A DNA stretch of 64,000 nucleotides, taken from contig OZ037768.1 in NCBI GenBank assembly GCA_964035545.1, forward strand, positions 17,405,875 through 17,469,874. The letters are read 5' to 3'. Positions 13,701 to 54,900 of this stretch are shown piece by piece (position 1 is the first letter of the stretch; each line of letters opens with the position of its first letter). The translations under genes were made by a program, and so were the position numbers. The notes under the pieces are model-generated. The model did not search any database. It was given only the letters and a program-made list of their open reading frames with translations, and had not been told where the DNA came from. This DNA comes from Bugula neritina. Lineage: Eukaryota > Animalia > Bryozoa.

Positions 13701-14387
13701 AACACTTACTATTAGAAAAAAAGACAATCTGTGGGTATCTCCAAGTCTAGGAATTACCAGAAGTACAAGTAGTGGTAAGACAATTGCCGCTAGTATGAGC
13801 TCTCAATATTATTTGGTGTCAAATTTGTGCATATGGGAAGTTCATCTACCCTGAAAGATTTCTCGCTCTCATATGCAACAGAGTTTTCTATGATATATGG
13901 CCTGAGCATGCAACAAACTAAGTCAACCAATAACCTTGTAACACATCATTTCTTATAGTTGAACAATTAAAAAAAATTCCAAAACAATAATCAACTTTTC
14001 TAAAAAAATATTTTTATAAAACCAGAGCAATTGCTATATAGGAAACACTAATTTGATATGAATGTATTGAAGATTATTAAATGTTTTGCTGGTATTTATT
14101 TTGATTAAATTTGCAAGCATACAATATTTTATAACATTTAGTTTTTTGTAGGAACTGAGATCTATTTCTTGTAGATAAAACAAGTCTTATAAATTAAAGA
14201 GAAATGAGGGTACAAATCTCTTCATAATGCAACATACGTAAATAATTTTTTTTTTTCAAAAGTTTGTTAATGCACAAGTATAAGTGAATCAACAGCTGTT
14301 TTCTTATTGTTTTGTAGTTTGTTGTCTACGAATTAGGAAATGTCAGACAGATTTATTTAATCATGTTAAATTGGGTGTATATGGTGT

Positions 14388-14462
14388 TCGGTAAAAGTGG
14401 CACAGGTAAAAATGGCACAGGTGAAAATGACACAGCAGAAATGGTGCAGATAAAATGACACA
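14388..14462. repeat. Short tandem 15-bp repeat (ggtaaaaatggcaca)n; related motifs at 39035-39310
   Basis: Direct reading; not present at the paralogous defensin-1 position, so probably an insertion. Confidence 0.6.
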
Positions 14463-14692
14463 TTTTTAAATTTATCTGATGTAGAAATTTAAAACTAATA
14501 AAATAAGACACTTGTGTTTGTTAAATAGTTCTGCTTTTATTGTGAAATACACAGGTATGACATTGTAAATAATCAACAGCATTGATGATAAACGTTTTGA
14601 AACAAGCGAATGTAATCACACAATCAAACAGTTGTTATAACTAAAATGTGAAATCCATGTTTTGGTCATGAATTAACAGCATAAATTAATTT

Positions 14693-15156
14693 TCAATTAG
14701 ATGCAAGATATTTAAAGCATTTACATTGGTTTCTGACACATCTGTACTTGGGTTTCTTTTGTGCATAACAATAACCCTTGCAGATCCGTGTTCTTTCAGG
14801 ACATCCCCAGTTTGCCTTCGCCATTAAAGCTGTTGAAAGAAATACAACATTCAGTTTGGTTATTTTGTCAAAGTCATTACATTTATTTTTTAGATGGTAA
14901 ATTTTGTAAAATTGCAAGTAATGTAATCATTATGCGTGGAAAAGTGTTTATAGCTATGCCGTGTAAAACTAAAAATTTCAGGCCAAAAACGCTGCAATGA
15001 ATGTGTATTAATAATTGTTATGTGGACATAAGTTTTTATAGTTGTGAATATATATGTAGAAAGCAATTTCATTAGTTCTGTGTTACAAATTTACTTTAAC
15101 TTACCCAATGAGCTGATGACTATCATAGCAATCACTAGCACAACAATATTCTTCAT
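14693..15156 (-). CDS. CS-alpha/beta defensin-like peptide 2, 62 aa, 2 coding exons
   Basis: Exons 15156-15105 and 14829-14693 give MKNIVVLVIAMIVISSLALMAKA|NWGCPERTRICKGYCYAQKKPKYRCVRNQCKCFKYLASN*; same exon sizes (52+137 nt) and Cys spacing as copy 1; AATAAA at 14541-14536. Confidence 0.88.
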
Positions 15157-15617
15157 GTTGATGTAGAACTTCTGTAAAATTATAGATACATAATATTAAT
15201 AGGCAAATTTATGTGTATAACCTATAATAAGTTAGTTAAAAATATAAATACCCCAAGAAAAAAATAGCTTGCTAATATATACTAATTTCTTTGTAGTTCA
15301 TTTATACTGAAAGTCATTTCAATTTTTTTTATTTTAGTCATGATTGTCTAAGTGATAAATATTAATTTACTGTAATTTTCAAGGATGAAATAAAAACTAT
15401 CATGCATTTTATTACTGTTTTGGTGCAGTTTGTTTCAGTTTTACATAACAGTATGCCAACATATAATGGTTGTTTGATGCTAATTATATAAAAAAATTAT
15501 TTCAAAATAGCATTATATCAAAACATGATCAACTCACTAGGTGCAATAAAAAAAATTATTATTGTGCAACTTATAGTATGCATTAAATTAGTAATTTATG
15601 CTTATAGGTAAGCTTAC

Positions 15618-15746
15618 CTGTATGTATTAGTAAAGTTTAACTTTTCTCAGAATATGAATAATTCAAATACTATAGCTGAGGCATTTATATATCTTTCTTA
15701 TGTCCTATTTTAACAGTCTTCTGTAGATAGCTTGCAGTTGATTGGT
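15618..15746 (-). promoter_or_regulatory. Putative promoter and non-coding first exon of defensin 2
   Basis: Conserved CCAAT (~15745-15741), TATATAAA (~15691-15684) and CAG|gtaagc donor at ~15618. Confidence 0.6.
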
Positions 15747-16879
15747 TAGTAATTGCCAAGTACAACGACTCCTTGTTTTCTCATTAATTATCTAGAGTTT
15801 TGTTATCGAGAGAAGAAAATTTTATTCTTAATTGTTCTCATAGAGAATTTTGTACTGCACGGGAATTTAACAAAACATTTAAATGTTTACTTCACTGTTT
15901 TTTAAGTTTTGCGTAAAAAATCTACTTTTAAAAAATTCCTGAAAAGAAATTGCAGGTATTGTGGGCATACAGTCTCCACAATTACTCTCTAGCATCATAA
16001 GGCAACAATTTAAAAAGATCAAACAAGCTCTTTATATAATAAATTTGGTAAAGCTGTCATACACTTAAAGGCAAAATAAATGTTTTGTAGTTGCTATGCT
16101 GATTAACATGCAAAAAATGCTTATACTACAAAAACATCAATTCATGAAAGATGCAGATATTAATAACCATCAGCATTGAAATCTTTTTCAAAATGCTTTT
16201 CGTTATATCAAGTTATATAATGCAGATTGAATCTTTAGCAGCAAAAAGTGTTAATGTCTTTCAATCTTTACATTGCATTTTTCTCCTTTTTCATATATTA
16301 CTGTATTTGCATGGTTACACATTTATTTATTTTCTGGCAGTGTACTTTGAGATATGTAAAGTATTTTTATACATGTCTGAAAAGATTTCTTTCAAATTTT
16401 AAAAAAAAAAACTTTGATTCATGTTTTAAATTACCCTGCTGATAAAATAATAATGAAAGCATATATTGTGATGTAAAAGTTTTGCATTGATTAAATAAAA
16501 ATTGACATTTTATACCAATTACTTTATGCAAAATGTAAGCTATGATACTTTGATAACATCCATTATATGCTATACGTACAAGGTTGGAACATCTTGAAAA
16601 AAGCAGATCGATTATGTTGTCCTACAATCAAACAGTATTAATTAATAGAAACATTATTGGCAGAAGGGTTTTTTATGATTAAATCAAAAAAGTACAATAT
16701 AGTTATACTATATATGCTATATATGTCTAAAAAAGTGAAGTAGAAAATTAAAACACATGAAACAACAGGTATGCATGTCTATTACTGTAACGCAATACAT
16801 AATTTGAATTGTTTAAGATTAAACGTGCTGCTGGTAAAAAACACGTCTATTGAATTTGTCTAAAACATGGTATTTGCCT

Positions 16880-17935
16880 CATTGTATTTGCAGCTTTGTG
16901 CTTTTGAAAAAGCATATTTAAACAAATTGAATTATGTATAAAAAGGATAAATATAGCATTATTACAAACTTTTGAACAAACTAGAAACAAGGTCATTGTG
17001 TGTTTTGATTAAAAGGCAGATAATATATGGTCAAACAACTTTTCTGTGATAACTGTTCATGAATTTCTATCTTAATGTTTAATAACATAATAGGTACAGA
17101 TCTAACTTTGATTAAGATTACAAATAGATGAGGTTCTTGGTAGCATTATTCTGTTTCTAGAAATAATTTTTATGAATAAAAACAGCAATATAATATTGTT
17201 ATTTTATAGCCATTACAAATAAAGTGAACAGGTTAAATGATGCTAATCCTGGCAGATGGTTTTGAAGTATAAGTATGTAATATTTGATAATCGGTTAATC
17301 TCTAAATTACATATGTAGCTTCTATGGTAGACAATGTCCTTTATATGAAGCATCAACGATACAGGACAGCTGTATGTATGAGGAGAAAACCGTATACACA
17401 CAGAATGTCTGCCCTTTGTGGAAAATTAAAAAAATCCAAATATTATACAGTTTTTCTCCTCATACATGCAACTGCCCTGCGTTGTTGATGCTTCATAAGG
17501 ATATTGTCTACCAGAAAAGCTACATATATAGTTTAGGGATCAACCGATTATCAAATATTACATACTTATACTTTAAAATCATCTGCCAGGATTAGCATCA
17601 TATTACATGTTCACTTCATTCATGATGGCTAGATAATATTATTTTATTGTAGACATATTTTCTGCTTCATGTCAATATTTTTTCTGGAAACAGAATGAAA
17701 CTATACCAAGAACCTCATTTAATGGTAATCATTGTCAAGGTTAGATATGCACGTATTATATGTTTAATATTGATATAAATTCAAAAATTATAGTTATCAC
17801 AGAATTTTTGACTATATATATTTTCTGCTTTTTGATCAAAGCAAATTGTTAAAAAAAAGTTACAAAATCATTTCTATATTATATTTTTTAATTTGTTTGA
17901 GTTTATTTTTTCAAAAACATGAAGCTGCAATATCT
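16880..17935. repeat. ~1-kb imperfect inverted repeat (arms ~16880-17396 and ~17444-17935)
   Basis: For example tgatgctaatcctggcagatggttttgaagtataagtatgtaatatttgataatcggtt (17238-) is the near-exact reverse complement of aaccgattatcaaatattacatacttatactttaaaatcatctgccaggattagcatca (17542-). Confidence 0.85.
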
Positions 17936-18695
17936 TAAACAAATGTGATTTTTTGCTTTTTATTCATTCCACCTATAAGCCTGATGAACTTAAAAAAGAA
18001 GTATTGTGCTACAATATGATACATAGATGTCTGATTGATGTATTTTATTCCTTCTGACCTCCATTTCTTTCATACATTCATATTATTACTTATCAACCAT
18101 TCTATCAATGGTGTTTTTACTCATGGTGCATGCAAATCAAATATTTCCTATTGATTGCTAGTGTAAAATACACAAAACTGCTTTCCGGGTTTAACATATT
18201 GATATAACATTATGCAATAAAACAAAACATTATATGCTCTATGCTTTCTAACATATTTTAGACAGCATTTTTACAGCTTAAAATTTATTCTTGATTGTTT
18301 GACATATTCCATTTTATCTAGATTGAACTTGAATGTATCTATATATGAAGTTGTGTCATCATAAGCATAAATTATTCATCAATAATATTTTTACTCTTTC
18401 TCTTATAAAAATTGTAAGCCATCATAGAACGTACCAGAAACTGGAAAAATTCTGGTAGCTAAAATTGAACAGCTATAAATCAAAGTTGTGTGCAAGACAA
18501 TTAATTGTTATGTTAACAGTACAGGATAAATTTCAAAGATAAATTTCAGATTAAGAAAAATGGCTGTCAGTAAATTAAATACTTAGAAAGTTTTTAAAAA
18601 TCGATGCAAAAAGCAGGAATATTATTGTCATTAGTTTCTAGAGAAATGCTGCAGAAAAAGTAAAACAATTACTATTTCTAGATTTAAAAAGGCAG

Positions 18696-24739
<6,044 letters not shown>

Positions 24740-25489
24740 TGTAGTATGACATAACAACAAAGACATATAATGGTAGAATGGTAAGCAACAGTAATATTGT
24801 CCTATTATATACATTTCATTTTTAAAAGATATCAAGAACTTTGTGAGAATGTGCCACATGTCAGAAAGATAAAATAGATATGAAGAGGAAATTAAAATAA
24901 TAAAGTTAGCTGTAAAAACCTGAGCAAGTCCTACTAAGAGCACAACGTGAGCATAAATCTTGTATAATGTGTCAATATATTATAACATTAGTTGACTTAA
25001 CCAATCTATAACTATTCATACTACTTATACTGTGCATGTAATAGCAGAACTATATAATACAATTACTCATGCATAGTATGCAGTATTATATTGTAAATTA
25101 GTAAAAGCTTAAATATTTATCTGCCAAGTTTTATTAGAACTGCAATCATTTCATTCCGTCTTAGTCATGATTGTTGAAATTGGAAGCTTGCCAAGTTGTA
25201 TCTTGCAAAACGCACAATCTGCTAACCCCTTACCACATTTGCCACGTGTACTTTAGCTGGCATCTGTAGCTGTTACGTGATCAAAGACACTCATTTCTAG
25301 TGAACACACACGTATTGAGGAACCTATCCTCATAGCTTTGCTCTTGAGACAATCATTTAAAATGGAGCTATTTTGTTGTCAACTACACAAACAACTCTCA
25401 CGCAAATTTATAGTCACCATCCCTGTGAGAAACCTCTGATGGAAAAATTTATTTTTTTAAATCAGGCTATAAGGACAATTATTCAGATG

Positions 25490-25612
25490 GAACACAGAAG
25501 CAAGTATGACTGGATGCTCTTTTTGGCACTACCAATGGCCTTTACTGAGTTTGAACCATGACTTCGAGTTTACTTAGCAAACCCCTAACCCCTAGGCCAC
25601 GGCTGCTCCCTG
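25490..25612 (-). mobile_element. tRNA-derived SINE (same family as 22232-22360)
   Basis: Reverse complement cagccgtggcctaggggttag...gaagtcatggttcaaac...agcatccagtcata aligns with 22232-22350. Confidence 0.6.
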
Positions 25613-26719
25613 AAAAATCATACCCTGATGTAATTTTAATATTTGAGCATGAGTGGTAGAATATTATAGTGGTGGTGCTGTGACGGGCACTGGTTAAATT
25701 TTCGTCTGTTGATCAGTTTATTTATTGTTGCAAAACTCACCTGTGCATGGTGTATTTGCAGGTATGTAAATTTTACTCGCAATTTTCAAACATTTAATTT
25801 TGCTATATCGAAAAATAAACTTGAAAATCATAAACGTAAGATATAAAATATAAGATATAAGATATACAGCTAAATAATGCACAGAGCAAAGGTAACACAA
25901 CTATATTTAGAAGCATGTATTTAGCAAAAATTTTATATAATTTATAATGATGAGATATTAGAGTTGGTGCACATCTCTATTTGGCTAAGTTTTCCATGGT
26001 GTATTCCAGCTTATACAGCAAGAGCTTTTATTCAGATAGAGAGTAAATTTTCTTATTGATAAATTGTGACATAATATTAATATAATTTGAATAATGGATG
26101 TTCAGTAATAAAATTGCGACTGACTGTCAACATTAGTAGAGTTTAGACTATATTAAACAATGCTCTCATTTTTTAAATATTTAAACATGCACTACCCTGC
26201 TGAGAGTTTTCCAGAATCTTTTATGATTTGAAGACTTCTGCAAACTTAGTATTAGTATTAGCATGATGCAGCATCATAATATAAACGCATAGTGCTTAGG
26301 ATGCAAGGCATGTTGTTGAAACGGTTGAAGGATTACTGCTGCTGGTATTTCATGCAAAGACTTTAACACCCAGCAACAGGACATAAAACAAGTCTAAGTT
26401 CTAAACTTATAAATTATAGTGTTGTGGTGAGTTGCGATGCTAGCAAAAATAGTCACCAATTATTCAAGCAAGTAAAATAACTGTCAGTCCAAGCCTATCC
26501 TTTCCTTTTAAAAGGTCAATATCATAAATTTCCTTTAAGTTTTAGAAACTGATACATTGTTTCTGTACAACATTTACCTATTTTTCGTTATACAAAGTAA
26601 TTACTATGTATAAATTTTGAAACTCGCCAAAAGTCTGTATTGGGTTAGCAACTCAACACAGAGCATAAGCCAAAGCTTTAGTATTGTAAACCAAATGTGA
26701 TATAGAAAAAACATTAAGC

Positions 26720-26836
<117 letters not shown>

Positions 26837-27186
26837 AGAAGCTATTTAGCCCAAATCAACAGGTCTTTGGCAATTTAAAAATAAAATACACTTATATCAA
26901 ATATCTCAAATGAGTTTTTATAAGCGTTTTAATTAACTTTTAATTAATATTGTAATATGGCAGCTGGTCAAACTTAACTTTTAAACATAACTTTGAAACT
27001 TTAAGATTTTAGCAATAATAGCTAAAGAATAAATAGCAAAGTTGATTTGCCAAAGTTATAAACATGAAATATGAAGCTACTACCAGTGATAAAAGTTGGT
27101 TATGCTAAAATCTTTGGCTTTTCGCTGATGCTGGTATAGAATATTGCATTCAACAGCATACAGCAGTTGATGTACTGAGCTTGAAC

Positions 27187-35073
<7,887 letters not shown>

Positions 35074-36809
35074 TCAAAATATATACGTGGAGTCCCACAG
35101 AATTTACTTTGCGAGACTATATATCATATACAGTAAAGTGTAGCATGTTAATGGCTGAACTTTAAGAAAATTTGAAAAGCATACAACCTTATACGCTTTA
35201 ATTTATTTTTTCAACTTTCTCATAATAATTATATGTCAATATACAAAATAAAAGTGTTCTTATCGAAGTTGTGGCACCATGCATAATTGTATGTCATATA
35301 ATTTACTGACGAAAAAAGATATGTTTTTATTATCAATAGAATAACTCATGAGTAGTTAATCCTGGTTAGATAGTAAATGTTATACCACCAGCATAATATT
35401 ATTATGTTATTCATGGCTTATAATAACTTAGGTATGATGGTTTCTAGAAAAGTTTGAATTTAGCTCTAACCTCTCACCGTAGGTGACATACCAGTCCTTT
35501 CCCTATCTAAAGTAGGTTTATCAGTAAAATGTAGTTTTTTCACCAGAGGTTTCACTTTTTATAGCTTCTGGACATTTTTATGAAACAACTCACTGACATG
35601 ATTAGGACAAATTAATGTGCTGTGTGTTCATGTTAGAGTAGAACTATAGTGCATTTTATAATATTATGTTGTTATTATGCTTGCTCCATTCACACTACAA
35701 GCGCTAGTTTAAAGTACTATAGCTGCAATATACTAATATAGCAGAGTGCTATTTAATAGAATACTATTACATACAATATTATTATACTATATAATACAGC
35801 ATATACAGTACTACTAGTACCTCTGGGATTCTAACCTGGCCTGCTTGCCTTCAGCCACAAGGGGCCACTGTTGTTATCTCAACAATACAATAATACTACA
35901 TATAATAGGTACAATTTCATATCATATAATACTATGTAATACTATGTTATAACCAGCAATAATTTATTCATATCAAAAGGATTATTTGTTTATGTCAATT
36001 GGAGCGTATCGCTTTCTTTTTAAAAAACCCATATGGAGCTGGTATTTTTCCAACTTTAAAAACTTTATAATGATAATACTAATAGCATATCTATAATGCA
36101 TCTGTTATTTTATGCCATGCATGTGCAATAAATATAACAGAAATACAATTTAATGGTAGAAGCTTTTTGAAAAATAAAACTTGGTTCGCACTTTGAGTAT
36201 TCTAAATCTTTATATTTTACTTTACAACAAATATTTTGATATTTAGCTTTTGCATCATGATAGCGACATGAGCAATGAGAAAATTATGAAATAGTATACG
36301 GAGAATTAATTTTACTATACTAGTTTATGTGCATTTATCAATCCAATGATTGATGTTTTAAAAACATCTATAAAGTTAGCCACGAGTGTCAAAATGTGCA
36401 CTAAAAAAAAGGAAAATGACCCACATCGAAATATCTGCAATTTCCATTATATTTTTAAAAATTTTAAAAGCACCATTTTATATTATTTTTTTTATTTTTA
36501 ATAATTTATTTTGAAACACAAATTTCACTTTTTACAATATATAAAGTATATATATACAAAAGCTTACAACAGCCAATATGTTGTTACTTATAATAAACTT
36601 AGTTACTCTGCAAAGCTCTATAAAAGTGTTCCCCCCCCCCCCCGACCTTCTTTCTTTGAAAGAACCTCTAACTATAAATAAGCTGTAGGTGCTGCTGTAA
36701 ACAGAGATATAAGCATTGAGCACGTGATAACAGTTGATTATACCGTTAGGTTGATGCTGGTATAATAATCTGTTACATTCAACAGCATACAGCAGTTGAT
36801 ATACGGAGT

Positions 36810-49799
<12,990 letters not shown>

Positions 49800-51607
49800 A
49801 AATACAAATGATGCACCACAGAAATTACTCTTTGCAACACTATATAATCTGTATGCTGTTATAAAAAGCTTCAATAGCACACAACTGACAACTGCATGTA
49901 TGTTTTAGTTGCATATTTTTACAACTTCCCGTGTCAATATATACAAAATAAAGCTGTTCTTGTTAGAGTTGTGCCAACCATGCATTATTGTAACTTCTTA
50001 CTGATCGACAGCAATCAATATAGGTTTGTTATCAAAATAATGATTTAGGAGTAGTTAACCACAGTTAGATAATAAACATTATACAACCAGCAGTTTAATT
50101 ATTTATGGTTTATAATGGTAAACATTATACTGTTCTATGTAGCAGTTAATGCTAGCCTCTTACTGAAAGTTTAAAAGTAAACTTATAAGTGAAATGCAAT
50201 TGTCTATTTAGCAAAAAATATATTTCTTATGACTTCTGGAAATTTTTATGAAAGAACTCACTGACATAAATATGACAAATTAAAATTGTATATGTGTTTT
50301 ATATATGGAGTAGAATGTAGTGCAATCTATACTGTTTCCTAGTATAGTAGGCTAGTTTGTAAGCACTAGCTGTAACATATTAAACTGTATATTACGATTG
50401 TATAATATACAATATTATACAATAAAGTTTCATTTAATACACTATTACATTATATATAGTACAGCATAGTACTACATAATACAATACAATTATAAAAATT
50501 TTGACTCCATTGCATTCGAACTTGACCTGCTTGCCATTACTTCATAGAATTCACTGTAGTAATCTCAATAATACAGTATTAGTATATAATAAGTACAATT
50601 GTATACCAGATAATACAATAATACTATATAATTATAGGTACAATATTATACCACATAATACAATAATACTATATAATAGGTACACTGTTATACCAGATAA
50701 TACAATGTAATACCACAGAATCATAAATTCATACCAGTAGAATTATAATCATGTCAGTTGAACCTTTTCTTTTTTCTTTAACCCTCATCCTATCGGCATA
50801 TTACATACAAGTCTTAAGGACTGGTATCCATTTGGACACTAATTACATTATGTCAATTTTTTTAATAAGTGCAAGTATTAATAACAAACAACATTCTAGC
50901 CAGAGCTCATTTAATTACATAAAATAAGAAACTATAACCGCATTATATACACATTGCTCAATATACACATTACTGGTTAATAACATAATATATACTCTAA
51001 CTAAGCCATAATTAGAATATTTAATACCCTTAAAAATAAACACAACTTAAGATATTTTGCTCATTTCTTGTAACTGAAACTAAAATGAAGTTGAACAGAG
51101 TCTAAATGTTAAAAAACAAGCACAACCAAGAAAATGAACAATTCTGAACACAAAGTCTATGTCATTTTATACAAGGTGTAGTGACTGGAGGTTTTTGTTT
51201 GGACCCCAAATACGATGTTATATGTAAATTTATTCAATAACTATTTAATAAAAGACAATTTTCAGGTAAAACACATCACAAACCAACACAATAAAAATAT
51301 CAATTTTAGGTATGTAGAACATGCAGAATTATGTAGAAACAAAATAAAAAACAAAATCCGAATTATGACAATTTGTCAGTTAATTGACTTTCAACTGGAG
51401 CTGCTCAGTTATCAAACCTGAGGTATTTCAGGATATCAATTAACCTGTAACTAAAAAAGGAGCTGTAAACGCTGCAGCAAGCAAAGATGTAGGCATGAAC
51501 TAACTATTGCAAGTAATAAAAATTGGCTATGCCAAAATGTTTGACATTAATTTGATGCTGGTAAAGAATATTGCCTTCAACAGCATACGCCAGTTGATGT
51601 ACTAAGC

Positions 51608-51829
51608 ATGAACATGTCTCTTTTTTCTCTTCTCAAACTCTGTGTTTTACTGAATCTGGTGTCTCAGAGTGACACACTAAGAATTGGATCATGGAGTTTC
51701 AGCTCGTTTGGAAAAACCAAGTTGTTAAATGATGAAGCAATGACAACAATATTACAGGTGAGTGAATATGAAATAGTCAAAAAGCAATTAATTAACCACT
51801 TCCTTATATTTCTTTTATTTTGTAGGTCT

Positions 51830-51924
<95 letters not shown>

Positions 51925-54900
51925 TAATATATATAATATATATACATATATATACATATATATATATATACACACATATATATACACACATATAACTACA
52001 ATAGCTATCCAGCTAAAAATGTGAGATTATTGTCAGTAGGCATTATTACCTGCAGTACATGATGTTGAATACAGCTACACTATAGCTACATAGCTAGAAA
52101 AAGCGTGAGAAGATTGTATGAATCAAGAGATAATGAAAACAAAAAAAGGTTATGAAATGGATAAAATGGATGAATTCTAATGTAGCCTAATATGAAATAT
52201 CTGTATTTGACAAATGTTATGGCCAATCTATGTATTGCATATGATCAGCATTGGAATGTCTCATCTAGCAAATATAAATATGAATTTTTTCGCTCTTTAA
52301 ACTAATGCCCTTTGAATCATTGCTCTGAAGTGAAGGACAGTGAGAAGAATGCTGGTGCTGGTATACATTTTTGCTTTACATTAAAATTCAGTGTATTTTT
52401 GCGGAAACGGTTTTTGCTTAGCTGGAAATGTTAATCATATTATATCTATAAGAGCCTTTGAAGTATTATGTTACAGCTTTAGACTGTAGGATTGTGAGGG
52501 CTTATATATATATACTAAACCTTTGAAGATTTGTTGCAAGTGTTAAGCACTGACTCAACAGATTTTCAAACTATTATGTAAATATTATGGCTACTGCTTT
52601 TTCTAGTGGTGCTCGGAAAATTGGAATGACAACTGAAAGTGAGAGTTACTGTTTGCCCTTCAGTCAGTCAGTTTTTTGTTTCCTCTACTATAGCTGTAAT
52701 ATATAAAAAGTACTTCAAGTTATATTGAACCAAAGCTTTTTTCTCTGCTTAAACCATGCAAACACTTGGTAACTGCACCTCGTTTGCTGAAGATAAAACT
52801 TAGTTTAATTTTCAGTGTAAATCAACAAAAATTGAGCAGTTTTGAGATCTAACAGCTAATCTGAACAGTTTAAGCAAAATATTTTGTATTATAATCAGTG
52901 CAAACTTTATCAAAATTCATGTTTTTTCCTGCATGACTGATCGTGGCGTGTTTTGAGTTTGTTGACTATTAGTGCAAACTTGAGAATATATGCAATCATG
53001 GATCCACTTCAACAAAATGTTACTAAAATAGGAGTACGTAGGTATGGCTTATGTTGAGAAATTTGAATATTTTTCAGGTAATGAGACGATATGACGTGAT
53101 TTTTATGCAAGGAATTAGAGATGCAAGTCAAGAAGTTCTGCATGAGCTGGAGAATAGACTCAACAGCAGGTATATTTTAGTTTTAATTTATGAGAACAAT
53201 TGTAGCAAATTTGAGATATGACAGGAGAAAAATATGGTGACTAATGAATTCTAATAACAAATTCTGTAACTGCTTGTACGTGTTTTAAAGAAACTCTTTT
53301 GAAAGCTATCTTGCATATTTCCACAGCATAAAAAGGTACACCTGGCTACTACGTTGTAATATTGCATTTTCATTATTGTTCAAAAAACTTTGTGGAAGTC
53401 ATATATATTATCAACAACCAATGACATTAGTTTATACAAGTAATGAAAACTTGCGTTATTCTAAAATAAAAAAGAAGACGCATTAAGCGGAAACACACAA
53501 TAGTAGTGGCAAGGCTCATCAACCTAATAATCCGAAAACCCAATAATGCTTCATTTATTTTAGGCATGACACAAGTGCATGTTGTAGTAATTTTAAATAA
53601 ATCTTCAACTATATACTTATAAGAAGCACTTGGCCCTTTATAAATATATATACTATAATCAAAATAACAGTCTATATTAAGATTTATTTAACACCCGCCA
53701 CCCCGGGCATGACCACGGAAGTGAAAGGTGACGAAAGAAAGGTGACAATTTAAATTTACTTAACAAAATATGCGTAGATAAACTGAAAATCATTAAAACT
53801 AACAGCATCTCAATCAAAAAGCTCAATTAACTGTACAACTGGATATATACAAGGTAAGATAAAGGTAAAGGTAAAGATAGTTTCTTATTATCAAACAAAA
53901 TATACATAGTTAAGTAATGCCTGCCTAATTTTGATATGTTGTTTTAGGGGTTGTCTTTACATAATAATCATTTCAATAGCTTTAAGGAAATACTTTTTAT
54001 TTGAGAGTGTATTAATGTGGACATTACTGGATATTCACTGATATTCACTGGATATTCACTCACATGTTGAACAGAGAGCTGCATTAAAGTTTTGCCAAAT
54101 GAGGAAGTCAGACCAAGTGAAAATTATAGGGAAATAAAAGCTTAACATGTTGACTGCAGTTGTTTAAACCAAAACAGAGTTTTTAAAGGGAATAACAGTT
54201 TTTAAGAAACAACGACCTTTTTAGACCGGAGTCAAATAGGTCATTAGCAAATGAGGTGGTTAGACTAAACTTTACACATTTTTATCTGGGATGTCAGGAG
54301 AGTAACAATATAGGAGGAAATTGCTAAGTTAATAAACATTTTTATTGAAACAGTGCATCTCATTTAAGTTTAGAAAGAGATCAAGCAGAAAAGAATAGGC
54401 ATACAATTACAAAAACTGTGCAAAGCCATTGAGGCCATCAACAAACTAGGTTAGAGAACCCTGATATTCCACCTTGTGACTACCATTTCTTTGGTGCTTT
54501 AAGTTCTACACCAATACTATTTATTCACATTATAACGAATTATGACAGAAGGCCAAAACTTCTGCAAGTGAATTTTTACTGAGTCAATCTATTGAATCTT
54601 ATGCTGAGGGAGTAAAATGATGGTACCAAGATGAAAAAATGTGTTTTCTTGCTAAGAAATTATAATAAAAAAAAATTAAGTTTTTAACTTGATTACATTA
54701 ACTTGACTTATGGCAAAATTATCTTTACTTTTCCAATCACCCTTGTAACTTACTGCTACTTTGATATCAACATATCTAATATACAAGAGAGTTGCTGATA
54801 TTTGTAGCAATCAGCTTTGGAACTTTACTGCTAGTGAGAGACTTGGTGACATGGTCCGTAAGCCCCAGTATGCTTATTACTACAGGTATGTGTAATGTTG

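Noticed and set aside
15855-15945. NF-kappaB-like sites near defensin promoters (gggaattt, aaattcc)
   Set aside because: Incomplete match to GGGRNNYYCC and not conserved between the two promoters.
50560-50710. CRISPR-like array (also 14388-14462)
   Set aside because: Head-to-tail degenerate tandem repeats without unique spacers, in a eukaryotic context with no cas genes.
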